64,000 nucleotides of DNA from Synergistaceae bacterium (GTDB lineage Bacteria; Synergistota; Synergistia; Synergistales; Aminobacteriaceae). The stretch spans positions 26,953 to 90,952 of the forward strand of contig JAHDLC010000012.1 in NCBI GenBank assembly GCA_018436595.1, read 5' to 3'. Shown here piece by piece: positions 47,632-56,708 of the stretch; the first letter of the stretch is position 1; each line of letters starts with the position of its first letter. A program made the position numbers and the translations under genes. Under the pieces are notes generated by a model. It ran no database searches. It was not told the origin of the DNA and saw only the letters and a program-made list of their open reading frames with translations.

Positions 47632-48366
47632 ATGAAGTTGAAAGCCCATGTATCGGCAGGAATCCTGATTCTCGGCTTCGCTCTCCTCCTCTCCCCAGTC
47701 CGGGGATTCGGATGAGGCGGAGGAAGCGACGGGGGCGGCGGGGCGTCGTCCACAGCAGAGGAGAAGGCCATCGAGAGAATAGTGAGCGTGTTTACCTCGA
47801 AGGGAATGCTTGAGGGCAGGGATCTCGACGAGGCGGTCAAGCTGGCGGGGTCCGTCACGAAGGAAGGGGAATGCAAGGCGGCATACCTGGCCGGCGCCAG
47901 CCTGCTGCGAAAGGGAGAGTATGACAGGGGCAGGGAGTTCATGCTGAAGGCCCTTGACGGATGCTACGATCTGTCCGTGAATTTCTGGGGCGACATGGAA
48001 CGGCTCCGGACCATCGCGGCCGGAGAACTCGCCCTCCACGCGGGCACCAGGGGAGATTACCGGACCATCATCGCCGTTGAGGAGAAAGTGGCAAAGGACA
48101 TTGCCACGGACAGGCTTCTGGTGAGAGACGCGAAATGCATTCTCCAGGGAAGGACCAAGCTCGGTGATATACTGAAATTCCACAAGGCTCGGGCGTACCA
48201 TGCTTCGAAGATGACCGCCGATGCAAAGAACACCCTGAACGAACTCCAGTTCGCTTCGGGGAAAGTGTTCGTTGACGGCGAAGTGGTCGGTTTGAAGGAC
48301 GCTATTTCGAAACTGCAGCTTCAGGTGGACGGAGCGGCCTTTCTGCCTTTCCTGAAGGCTGTTTGA
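47632..48366 (+). CDS. Exported TPR-like protein interrupted by in-frame TGA at codon 28 (recoded or pseudogene)
   Basis: GAAAGGGAG RBS, ATG 47632, signal peptide, TGA 47713-47715, then the same frame stays open to 48366. Confidence 0.65.
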
Positions 48367-48388
48367 CGTGTTTCGGGAGGAATGAGTG

Positions 48389-48880
48389 ATGGGCAGAGTG
48401 CCGGCGGCTGTTCTGCTGCTTCCTGTTTTTCTGGGGATCCTTTTGTTCCCCTGCCCTTCAGCGGGAGAAATGGTTCTTGCCGTACCTGATTTCCAGGCCG
48501 TGGGCTGCATGCCCTACCTTGGCTCCGGAGTGGCTGAACAGGTAAGGGCGAAACTGACGGGCCGGGGCCCGTGGACACTTCTTGAATCCTCCCAGATGGC
48601 GAAGATCGCCTCGGAACATCGTCTCTCCATGTCCGGGCTGATGGATGAAAAGAAAGCGATATCTGTCGGAAAGGTTCTCGGGGCCCAATATCTTATTGTC
48701 GGTTCCGTCAGCCTGACGGGATCCGTATTCACTCTGACTGCCCGTCTGGTGGACGTCAGTACCGGGGTGGTTCATGCCGGTTTTCAGACCGTCACCCATG
48801 AGGGAGAGGAAGGCCTGCCGGCTGCCGCAGGGTTCCTGGCGGAGGACATCGCCGCGGAGCTGGGCGGACCTGATGCCTGA
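48389..48880 (+). CDS. CsgG/HfaB/FlgO-like exported protein
   Basis: Signal peptide; LAVPDF, EHRLSMSGL, VGKVLGAQYLIVGSV, ARLVDVSTG; paralog of 46440 N-domain. Confidence 0.8.
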   Translation: MGRVPAAVLLLPVFLGILLFPCPSAGEMVLAVPDFQAVGCMPYLGSGVAEQVRAKLTGRGPWTLLESSQMAKIASEHRLSMSGLMDEKKAISVGKVLGAQYLIVGSVSLTGSVFTLTARLVDVSTGVVHAGFQTVTHEGEEGLPAAAGFLAEDIAAELGGPDA

Positions 48881-48891
48881 TACAGGAATAT

Positions 48892-48922
48892 AAAAGAGGG
48901 CGGGGGATTTCCCCCGCCCTCT
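48892..48922. terminator. Terminator between convergent genes
   Basis: AAAAGAGGGCGGGGG-ATTT-CCCCCGCCCTCT. Confidence 0.8.
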
Positions 48923-48944
48923 GCTTATCAGCCGCCCTGGCTCG

Positions 48945-50102
48945 TTACGGCTTTATCTTCTTGAAGAAGACCGCCTTTTTGCCGGCGATGTCGGACACGA
49001 GCATGATGCCGTCCTTGTCCTTGGGGTTGTGGAACTCGTCCATGGTCAGGGTGGCGTGCATGAGCTTCAGGTCCTTCGTGGCCTCCAGGGCGTCCCGTAC
49101 CTTCACGGGATCGTCGCTGCCGGCCCGCTCCATGGCGTCCTTCACCCAGTAGACGCTGTCATAGGCCATGACGGCGTTCATGAACTCCATGCACTCGGTG
49201 CCGGTCTGCTCCTCGTACTTCTTGAAGAAACCGGCGAGGGCCGGGTCCGCCTTGTCCACGTGGCTCACCCAGTAGGTATCCTTCATGGCGTCGCCGGCGA
49301 TCTCCCACATGAAGTCGCCGTAGCCGTCGCCGCCCACGATCTCAATGTTCAGGTCAAGCTCCCGGGCCTGCTTCACCGCCAGGGGGAGGCACTTGCCCAT
49401 GGTGGGGATGACCAGCACGTCGGGGTTGGCCTGCTTGATCACCGTGAGCTGGGCGCGGAAGTCCACGTCCTCGGCCCTGTGGCCTTCGTCGGCCACGATC
49501 TCTCCGCCGTATTCCTTGAAGGACTTCATGAAGAACTCCCGGAGCCCCTGGGAGTAGTCGCTGGACACGTCATAGAGGACGGCCGCCTTTTTCTTCCCGA
49601 GGTCCTTGGCCGCAAAAGCGGCAATCATCTTGCCCTGATAGGGGTCAAGGAAGCAGATGCGGAAGTTGTAGGGACGGACCTGCCCCTTCTCGTCCACGGT
49701 CACCAGGGGATTCGTGGGGAGGGTTCCGATGTGGGGCACCTTGCCGCGGTTGAACACAGGGGCGGCGGCGATGCAGAGTCCGCTTCCGCTGGGCCCGATG
49801 ACCACGCTGACCTTGTCCTGCTCCACAAGGCGCCGGGCCGCGTTGACCATGTCCTCCTGGCGGGTGCGGCAGTCGTACATGACGACTTCCACGGGCCTGC
49901 CGAGGATTCCGCCTGCGGCGTTGATCTCAGCCACGGCAATCTTCACCGATTCCACTTCCGCCACGCCGTAGGCGGCAAAGTCACCCGTCACCGTCGCGAT
50001 TTCACCGATCCGGATAGGATCCGCCGCACAGGCGGGCACGGCAAAAAGACACACCAGGAACACCAACGCCATCGCTTTCCGAATGCTGCCGAAACTCCTC
50101 AT
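48945..50102 (-). CDS. Branched-chain amino acid ABC substrate-binding protein (LivJ/K-like), orphan
   Basis: Signal peptide, IRIGE, EINAAGGILGRPVE, VIGP.GSG, DYSQG, DF..QL, YDSV. Confidence 0.88.
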   Translation of the reverse strand: MRSFGSIRKAMALVFLVCLFAVPACAADPIRIGEIATVTGDFAAYGVAEVESVKIAVAEINAAGGILGRPVEVVMYDCRTRQEDMVNAARRLVEQDKVSVVIGPSGSGLCIAAAPVFNRGKVPHIGTLPTNPLVTVDEKGQVRPYNFRICFLDPYQGKMIAAFAAKDLGKKKAAVLYDVSSDYSQGLREFFMKSFKEYGGEIVADEGHRAEDVDFRAQLTVIKQANPDVLVIPTMGKCLPLAVKQARELDLNIEIVGGDGYGDFMWEIAGDAMKDTYWVSHVDKADPALAGFFKKYEEQTGTECMEFMNAVMAYDSVYWVKDAMERAGSDDPVKVRDALEATKDLKLMHATLTMDEFHNPKDKDGIMLVSDIAGKKAVFFKKIKP

Positions 50103-50273
50103 TCTTCCAACCTCCTCACATGATATGGTGCCTTTCGGAACAGTATGACTCAATCAAGTTCAGGCGAACGGAATATCCGCCCGCCGGTCCTCCGGGGAAA
50201 AAGACCAACATTGAGAAAAAATTCTCCGCATGGCACAAATAATAATACTACAGCCGAACCTTTTCCGCATCAG

Positions 50274-50867
50274 TCATTCCTTCGGGACATACAGCCCCTC
50301 GGGATTGGATCCGGCAAGACCGGCCTGAAGAAGATGGTCCGGGACAGGCGAAAGACCGGCGATCTGTTCTTCTCCGAGCAGGGGGTAATAGGGCAGCCTG
50401 TTGAAGCCGTCGGCGATGTATTCGAGATCGTCATCTCCGTCCGCCCATCTGCAGCCGTCGTACCGTTCCAGCTTCAGGGGGCGGGAATACGCCCTGAGGG
50501 TTTTCTGCCCAAGGGTGTTGAAATAGAAATCGAAATAGGACATGGCCAGTTCCCTGAGGTTCCGGTAGACCGGCTCCCGGAACCGGAGAGTGGTGAAGTT
50601 GGACTTCGCCACGGCCCCCCAGCACCCTCTCTCCCGGAAGACAGCGATCACGTGGTCGTCGTCGTTCCAGGCTTTGAGGTCCACCACCAGGGGAGGGTAT
50701 CCGAGCTCCCGGAGGCATGCCGCCGCAAAGAGGGCGCCCTCGAAACAGTGGGCGTTCTTTTCGGTGAAAACCCTTTCCGGCGGTTTGCACTCCTCTTTCG
50801 CATTGTAGGGAATGGAGTCGAGAAACCGCTGTATTTCCGCAGGACTTCCAAAGCCTGGCCGGAACAT
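50274..50867 (-). CDS. Hypothetical protein, transglutaminase/cysteine-protease-like
   Basis: AHCFEGALFAA (Cys), DDDHVIA (His), WGAVAKSN; GGAGGG RBS. Confidence 0.6.
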   Translation of the reverse strand: MFRPGFGSPAEIQRFLDSIPYNAKEECKPPERVFTEKNAHCFEGALFAAACLRELGYPPLVVDLKAWNDDDHVIAVFRERGCWGAVAKSNFTTLRFREPVYRNLRELAMSYFDFYFNTLGQKTLRAYSRPLKLERYDGCRWADGDDDLEYIADGFNRLPYYPLLGEEQIAGLSPVPDHLLQAGLAGSNPEGLYVPKE

Positions 50868-50883
50868 GAAACCACCCTCCGGA

Positions 50884-50917
50884 ATAAAAATGGCCGGAAG
50901 GCATAATCCCTTCCGGC
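50884..50917 (-). terminator. Terminator downstream of CofE-like gene
   Basis: GCCGGAAGG/CCTTCCGGC stem followed on the minus strand by CATTTTTATT. Confidence 0.6.
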
Positions 50918-50927
50918 ATTGTTTCCA

Positions 50928-52106
50928 TCAATCGTCCAGGTAAGAATCGAAGTAGCCCGAAATGTGGATCACCGGGGTTCCCTTGTCTCCCGACCCGGAC
51001 GTGAGATCGCAGAGGGATCCGATAAGGTCGGTGAGCCTCCGGGGGGTCGTCCCGAGAGTGGAATGGCTGAACCGGTCCATGGCGCCCTTCGAGCGGATGG
51101 CGTCCCGTACGGCCTCTTCCGGAGACTTGTCCCCGGAGTTGTCGGCGACGTACTTGAGCTTGATCTCCTTCGGCATTCCGTCGAGGCCGTCGGTGTAACC
51201 GGGTGAGACCACCGGGTCGGCCAGTTCCCAGATGCCGCAGACGGGGTCCTTGAAAGCTCCGTCGCCGTAGACGAGGACTTCCATGCGTTTTCCCGTCCGG
51301 GTCTGAAGCTCCTTCTGGAGATCCAGGGCAAAGGGGCGGCTGTCCCGGGGAAAGAGCTTCACTGTCCCGTCGTTCGTGTAATTCGATCCCAGAAGCCCGA
51401 ATTCCGGGTTGTATCCCATGCCCACCCTGTGGGGCTCCGAACAGAGCTGGTCGAGGGATACCACCAGGGCCCCCGACTGCTCCAGTATCTCCCTGTGAAG
51501 CCGGCGGGCATGGATGCTCGCCGCGATGACCGTGTTCGAGAATTCCAGGGCCGCCAGCGGGGTATCGGCGAAATGGATCTCAACCCTGCCGGGCTCCATC
51601 TCCCTGTAATACCTGACGTAATCCACGCCGGTAAAGGGGTGGAGGTAACGCCCGAAGACCTGCTCGTACTCCTTTTCGTCAAAAAGGCCGCCTTTCAGCC
51701 TGCCGCTCCTGAGGAAAAACTCCCGGGGATCCATGACAAGATTGCCCACCTCGTCGGCCGGGTAGGAAAGAAGAATGTGGACCTTCCCCCGGACGCCCCG
51801 CAGGATGCCTTTCAGTATCTGCCCGAACCGGTTCCTGCTGAGGATCGGGAACAGAAGGGCCACGTCGCCCTCCGGAACCTTGCGGCGGACATCCTCCGCT
51901 ATGTCCTCCAGGGTGGCGTAATTGCCCTGGGCCCTCGCCAGGAGAGATTCCGTCACGCCGACGATGTCGCGGTCACGGAGGGGAAAGGGGTCGCAGGGGC
52001 ACTCCGATGCTGTAATCAATTCCGAGGAAACGATATCAACGAGGTCTGCACCCCGGGAAATGACGGGGAGACGAATTCCCCGCGAAACGGCGCCGATGCA
52101 GCGCAT
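50928..52106 (-). CDS. Coenzyme F420-0:L-glutamate ligase (CofE)-like family protein
   Basis: GIRLPVI..GADL, DIVGVTES, YGDGAFKD, DLIGSLCDL.SGSG.KGTP. Confidence 0.75.
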   Translation of the reverse strand: MRCIGAVSRGIRLPVISRGADLVDIVSSELITASECPCDPFPLRDRDIVGVTESLLARAQGNYATLEDIAEDVRRKVPEGDVALLFPILSRNRFGQILKGILRGVRGKVHILLSYPADEVGNLVMDPREFFLRSGRLKGGLFDEKEYEQVFGRYLHPFTGVDYVRYYREMEPGRVEIHFADTPLAALEFSNTVIAASIHARRLHREILEQSGALVVSLDQLCSEPHRVGMGYNPEFGLLGSNYTNDGTVKLFPRDSRPFALDLQKELQTRTGKRMEVLVYGDGAFKDPVCGIWELADPVVSPGYTDGLDGMPKEIKLKYVADNSGDKSPEEAVRDAIRSKGAMDRFSHSTLGTTPRRLTDLIGSLCDLTSGSGDKGTPVIHISGYFDSYLDD

Positions 52107-52239
52107 GGGTCCTCATTCCTTCCGAAGAGGGTGTGTGGATGGCTGCAGGAACGGCGTCCCGCGCCTCCGATATTGTATCATTTTTCCGCCACCCGACAAA
52201 AGGAGGAATTACGCCGGGAAAAGGATCGTTCCCCCGCGT

Positions 52240-52788
52240 TTAGGGAAGAGAGGCACAGATCGAAGCGGCCGTTTCGACCCTGGAGAAAGCGCTGAGAGCC
52301 GCGAGGAAGGCCGCCTGGACATGCTCCGCGGGAACGGCAGTCTCTCCGAAGACAAGGGATCGTGTCGCGCAGGCATCCCCGGCAAGGGTGCAGTTGAAGG
52401 CCAGGTCAGCGGCAGCCCGGACCGTGGTGTCGATGCACATGTGGGTCATCATGCCCGCGATGACCAGCCGGTCGGGATTCAGTTCCCGCAGACTGTCGAG
52501 GAGCGGAGTGTCCCGGAAGCTGTTGGGGAAATGCTTGACGAAAACAGCCTCTCCGTCTTCAGGGAGGACACAGGGGCGGATATCCGCGCCCTTCGTTCCG
52601 GGCAGGAAAAAAGTCGATCCCGGCCGGGTCGAAACATGGCGGACATGAATCACCGGGAGCTTCCGGCTTCTGAAGGCGGAAAGGAGTTCGGCAGCCTTCC
52701 CGCCCGCCGCTTCGCTCCCATGGAGTTCCATGGCCCCTCCGGGGAAATAGTCGTTCTGGAGGTCAACAAGCAAAAGGACAGGGTTCAT
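52240..52788 (-). CDS. Isochorismatase-family cysteine hydrolase
   Basis: LLLVDLQNDYF, KHFPNSF, GMMTHMCIDTT, DAC. Confidence 0.9.
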   Translation of the reverse strand: MNPVLLLVDLQNDYFPGGAMELHGSEAAGGKAAELLSAFRSRKLPVIHVRHVSTRPGSTFFLPGTKGADIRPCVLPEDGEAVFVKHFPNSFRDTPLLDSLRELNPDRLVIAGMMTHMCIDTTVRAAADLAFNCTLAGDACATRSLVFGETAVPAEHVQAAFLAALSAFSRVETAASICASLP

Positions 52789-52863
52789 AAGACACCTCCC
52801 ACGTCGTGATGCCGCCCCCTTCGGGCGGAACAGGTTTCCATTATACGCCCTTGTTCGTTTCGG

Positions 52864-53159
52864 TCATGGAGGATCCGTACGGGAGGGAAAGGAGTTCAGC
52901 TGCTTTTTTTCATCCTGTCGAGCTCCATTTTCAGGCGCCCGATTTCCTCGTAGAGCACGGCCGATGGCTCTTCCCGGTTCTTTTTCATCTGTTTCCCCGT
53001 AAAAACAAGAACCGCATTCGACTGCAGCTTCTTTTTCCATCTGCATATCTGTTCAGGAGACACACCGAACTCCCGAGAAAGCTGGGCAAGCGTCCTGTCT
53101 TCCTTGCACGCCTCAAAAGCGACATGGACCTTGAAATCGACAGAATACCGCGTGGACAT
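52864..53159 (-). mobile_element. IS3-family remnant: intact orfA, orfB lost
   Basis: RYSVDFK.HVA.EA....TLAQLSREFGVSP.QI.RWKK HTH; LYEEIGRLKMELD; A7G slippery site at the orfA end; the -1 frame stops about 12 codons after the shift. Confidence 0.8.
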
Positions 53160-53319
53160 CCCGAAATTCCTCCCGGCATGGCTGATCCTGAACGGGAACA
53201 TCCATAACCGGACATCGGCCCCGGGCTCAAAAAAAGAATTCCAGGGCAAAACCAGCCATGGAAACAAAAGGACATGCCGATCCATGCTGTACTGCCGCAA
53301 CGGCACACCCCGGCCAGGC

Positions 53320-53868
53320 CTACATATCCCGAACAGTCAGAACCAATACAGCCTGCCCCGCCCCGGGCGCAAGGCTGTTGTTGCCCGTCATTTTCACCGT
53401 CCCCCTGCCGCCGGCGCAGAAAATCCCCCGAACCCCCGTAAGGAGGTCGACCTCTCCGGTTCCGAGAGCCTGGGGTCCGGTGGACCGCCCTTCCCTTGGT
53501 GAAGTTATCTCCACCGTCAGCGACAGCCCTGCCGGCAGAGGCGACACAAGACGGCCCGTCAGCTTTCTCGGCGCATCCCCGGTGGAGGAAAGGAGAAAGA
53601 AAAAGGCGCTCTCGCCCGGTTTTCCGCCGATCATGGCGGCCATTGAGACGGAAGTGTTCGTGAGATGGACCCCGCGGAATTCCGGAATGGTCACTTCCAG
53701 GGAAAGCGCGGCCGATTCCGCCGCCTCCGAGGGGAAATCCATGGCCCCCAGCAGCAGCGCTCCCGCGGCGCACGCGAGAAGAATCGAAAGAATCGAAAGA
53801 ATCGGAAGCGATCCGGAACCGGACCGAGAAATCATCATTGTGCCCTTCCCCTTTCCCCGAGGGTTCAT
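53320..53868 (-). CDS. Exported pilin-like subunit (terminal gene), paralog of 58160
   Basis: Signal peptide; K..G..LP.G.S..TGPQ.LGT..VDL shared with 58160; start 53868 (ATGA overlap) or 53838. Confidence 0.65.
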   Translation of the reverse strand: MNPRGKGKGTMMISRSGSGSLPILSILSILLACAAGALLLGAMDFPSEAAESAALSLEVTIPEFRGVHLTNTSVSMAAMIGGKPGESAFFFLLSSTGDAPRKLTGRLVSPLPAGLSLTVEITSPREGRSTGPQALGTGEVDLLTGVRGIFCAGGRGTVKMTGNNSLAPGAGQAVLVLTVRDM

Positions 53869-56693
53869 TTCTTTTTTCCGGAAGAGGACGTCGTCGTAAC
53901 GGTGCCGCTGTCGATAAACTGTATGGTCCGTTTCTTCCGGAAAATGTGATTCACCATCTCCATCACGTCCCCAGGCGCCAGATCAATGGTTTTCGACTCG
54001 GTCTCGAACTGGTAGCCGGCGGGGATGCCCGCTTCGTAAAATGTCAGCTGCCAGTTCCCGGGGCGGATGTTGTCGAACACGAACTCCCCGTTCATGTCGG
54101 TGGAACGTCTGACTGTCTGGTCATCCCTTGTCAGCTCCACCAGTATGTGGGCCAGGCTGACAGGCTTGGCGCCGGATTCCGTCGCCGGCGGTCCCCCGGC
54201 ACCTTCCTTTCCGCCATCTCCCGTTCCTCCCTCCCTGAGAGCGAGCCTTCCCCTGAAAATCGCCCCTTTGGTTATGCCGATATCCATGGAGACAGGTTTG
54301 GGCCCTCCCGCGATCTCGAGGGAGATGGGGTACTTCTGCACCGTGGTGAAACCGTAGCCGATGGACTTGGGGTCGATCATGACGCGGTAAAAACCGGGCT
54401 CCAGGGCGGGGAAGAGGAAAAGACCGTCCTTGTCGGTCACCACGGCTTCAGTCCCTACCCTGACAACAATGTCAGGAAGCCCCGGCTTTTCCGGATTCAT
54501 GGAGTCGAATACCTTGCCCCTGAGAATCCCCACGTTCGTCTTCTTCACCGTCTTGATGCCCACCGGAATCTGGTAGGAAAGGCGGTATTCCGTTTCATAA
54601 TCGTCCCTGGTGACTTCCAGGGTAAGAAGCCGTTCTTCCGTCATCTCGTAGGTTGCGATAAGGTCGAACTGGTTTGACAGCATCTCGGCGTTGTCCCCGA
54701 TGCCGGATCTCGTATAGGCCAGGGAAAGGGTGAGCCGGGGAGAGGCCCTCCAGAAGACAGCCCCTCCGAAACTGCTCGACCCCCTGAGAAGGTAGCTCTC
54801 GCTCAGGACATCGTTGTCGCCGAGGTTCCAGAAAAAGCTCAGGGTGAGGTTGGGCGACGGGAAATAACTCACGAGGAAATTCACGTTCCAGGCCGATTCC
54901 GACACCCCGGTGAGATGATTGTGCTGGTCGCTGAACCGGGGCTCCACGGACCAGTTGATCTGGCCGAAATTCCGGCCGAACCGGATCCAGTACGATGTCT
55001 CCGAATAATCGAAGTTTGCGGGAGCAAGCCGATCGACCCGCCCGAAATCATCAAAGCCGACCATGAGGAACCAGCCGTTCTGCAGAGAGAAATCGAGGGT
55101 CGCCTGCACCAGGTTCTCGGATACGGCCGTATCCGACTCTCCCGGCCTGCGGTCGAGATTGTTCTCGTAGGAGGACGCTCCTATCCCCAGCCGCATTTTT
55201 GGACCTACCGGCAGGCTGACGGAAGCGTTTTCGTAATCGTAGCTGTGGAAATAGCCCCAGTAGTCGGCCCCGGCATGGGTCTTGCCAAGGGAGTAGGACA
55301 TCTTTCCCGCCGTCATCCCCCGCCACAAAAAGCGGTAGGCATCGTCGTCGTTTTTCGCTCCGGGCCGGTCAGTGCTGCTGCGCCCGTACTCAACTTCAAG
55401 CGTGCTGTTCTTTCCCGTCCTGAAGCGCCCTTCCAGGCTCCAGAGCTTGTCCTCCACCTCCGGTTCGCTGCTCGTGGCTTTTGTCTCGGACTGGGCCACG
55501 TTCAGGCGGAGAAAGGAATCATCCCCGAGGGAACGCTGCAGGTAAAATCCCCTGTCGATCCAGTCCTCTTCCCCGGCCCGGTCCCTCACGTAGAACAGGC
55601 CTGCGGACATGTTCCCTCCGGCCATGGACTTGAAATCCACCCCAAACCCCCTTCCGTAGGAGGAATAAACGGTCAGGGGGGAGACGCCGTAGGGCTGGTC
55701 CCCCATCAGGATCCCGAGGGAGCGGCTCGAGTAATTCATCCAGTATTCGTCGGTCCTGCTGAAGAAGGAGGAATCGTCCACATCGGGCCCCCGGAAGGAA
55801 AAGGAAAATTGCTGTTCTCCCTCTTCGTCGAGGGTACCCGCCCCTTTCCATTCGAAGGACGGCTTTGTGTCTCCTCCAGCGGTTCTCGCAGCCGATACGG
55901 CGAACGTGGAAGGGAGGATATGGTAGGGTTCCGGTTTTTTAAAGAGGGCGGGTACGACCTCCAGGAGGACAGCAGTGGAGACGGCCTCCTCTTTTTTTCC
56001 GTCCTTCTCGATTTCCGCCGTTAACTGGATGACGGTGACAGTTCCCCGGAATCCGGGGTCGATCTTTCCCGAGACGGAAATGGCCGCCCCTTCCCCGGGC
56101 TTGAGTGAAACTTCCGATGGAGCCGCCAGAGCTGGTGAGTTCGGATCCGTGTTCTTCGCCCGTATCAGGAAGGTACGGGGGATATTGCCCGAATTGACCA
56201 GCCGGGCGGAAAACTCGTATTCTTCCCCCGCCATGAGCGATGCCGGAGGGTTCTCCACCATCAGGTCAGTCTTCGCCACCGCGAGAACGACCACCTCATA
56301 TTCCATCGAGCCCCGTATGGACGGATCCCGGTCAGACTGCACCGAATATTGGATTTTCGCCCGTCCCTCTGCGGCATTGATGGGTATCTGGAACGACAGG
56401 AGGCGGGCCGTCGAGGCCTGGGGAGGCAGCACGAAGGACGTCATGGGGATCACCATTGACCAGCCTTTCGGCAGGATGACGTCTTCCCGGAACCGTTCCT
56501 GCCTGTTCGTCCGGTTGGTAACCTCGATACTGATGGTGTGCATGCGGCTCGGCTCGGACACGATCTGGACCGGTGAAACAACCCGGACCTCCGCTCCCCT
56601 GCCGTGAAACTGGGCACAGGAAGGCCCTCCTCCCAACAGAAGGAGAAAGACAAGCCCCGCCGACAATCCCCTGCCGACCCGCATGGCGTCCAT
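53865..56693 (-). CDS. Usher-like outer-membrane protein (Ig-like domains, beta-barrel, carboxypeptidase-regulatory-like domains)
   Basis: Signal peptide; two Ig-like N-domains; long run of amphipathic aromatic beta-strands; G.LRGKVFD..TDKDG.F.F..L.PG.Y domain occurring twice. Confidence 0.65.
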   Translation of the reverse strand: MDAMRVGRGLSAGLVFLLLLGGGPSCAQFHGRGAEVRVVSPVQIVSEPSRMHTISIEVTNRTNRQERFREDVILPKGWSMVIPMTSFVLPPQASTARLLSFQIPINAAEGRAKIQYSVQSDRDPSIRGSMEYEVVVLAVAKTDLMVENPPASLMAGEEYEFSARLVNSGNIPRTFLIRAKNTDPNSPALAAPSEVSLKPGEGAAISVSGKIDPGFRGTVTVIQLTAEIEKDGKKEEAVSTAVLLEVVPALFKKPEPYHILPSTFAVSAARTAGGDTKPSFEWKGAGTLDEEGEQQFSFSFRGPDVDDSSFFSRTDEYWMNYSSRSLGILMGDQPYGVSPLTVYSSYGRGFGVDFKSMAGGNMSAGLFYVRDRAGEEDWIDRGFYLQRSLGDDSFLRLNVAQSETKATSSEPEVEDKLWSLEGRFRTGKNSTLEVEYGRSSTDRPGAKNDDDAYRFLWRGMTAGKMSYSLGKTHAGADYWGYFHSYDYENASVSLPVGPKMRLGIGASSYENNLDRRPGESDTAVSENLVQATLDFSLQNGWFLMVGFDDFGRVDRLAPANFDYSETSYWIRFGRNFGQINWSVEPRFSDQHNHLTGVSESAWNVNFLVSYFPSPNLTLSFFWNLGDNDVLSESYLLRGSSSFGGAVFWRASPRLTLSLAYTRSGIGDNAEMLSNQFDLIATYEMTEERLLTLEVTRDDYETEYRLSYQIPVGIKTVKKTNVGILRGKVFDSMNPEKPGLPDIVVRVGTEAVVTDKDGLFLFPALEPGFYRVMIDPKSIGYGFTTVQKYPISLEIAGGPKPVSMDIGITKGAIFRGRLALREGGTGDGGKEGAGGPPATESGAKPVSLAHILVELTRDDQTVRRSTDMNGEFVFDNIRPGNWQLTFYEAGIPAGYQFETESKTIDLAPGDVMEMVNHIFRKKRTIQFIDSGTVTTTSSSGKKK

Positions 56694-56708
56694 GACCGTT
56701 ACCTCCCG

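Noticed and set aside
1843-50239. Recurrent GCACAAA in intergenic regions (about 1843, 25099, 34997, 50233) as a shared operator
   Set aside because: 7-mer, non-palindromic, inconsistent position and orientation; compatible with chance
53104-53320. IS3 terminal inverted repeats
   Set aside because: No convincing TG...CA inverted pair or target duplication could be identified by eye
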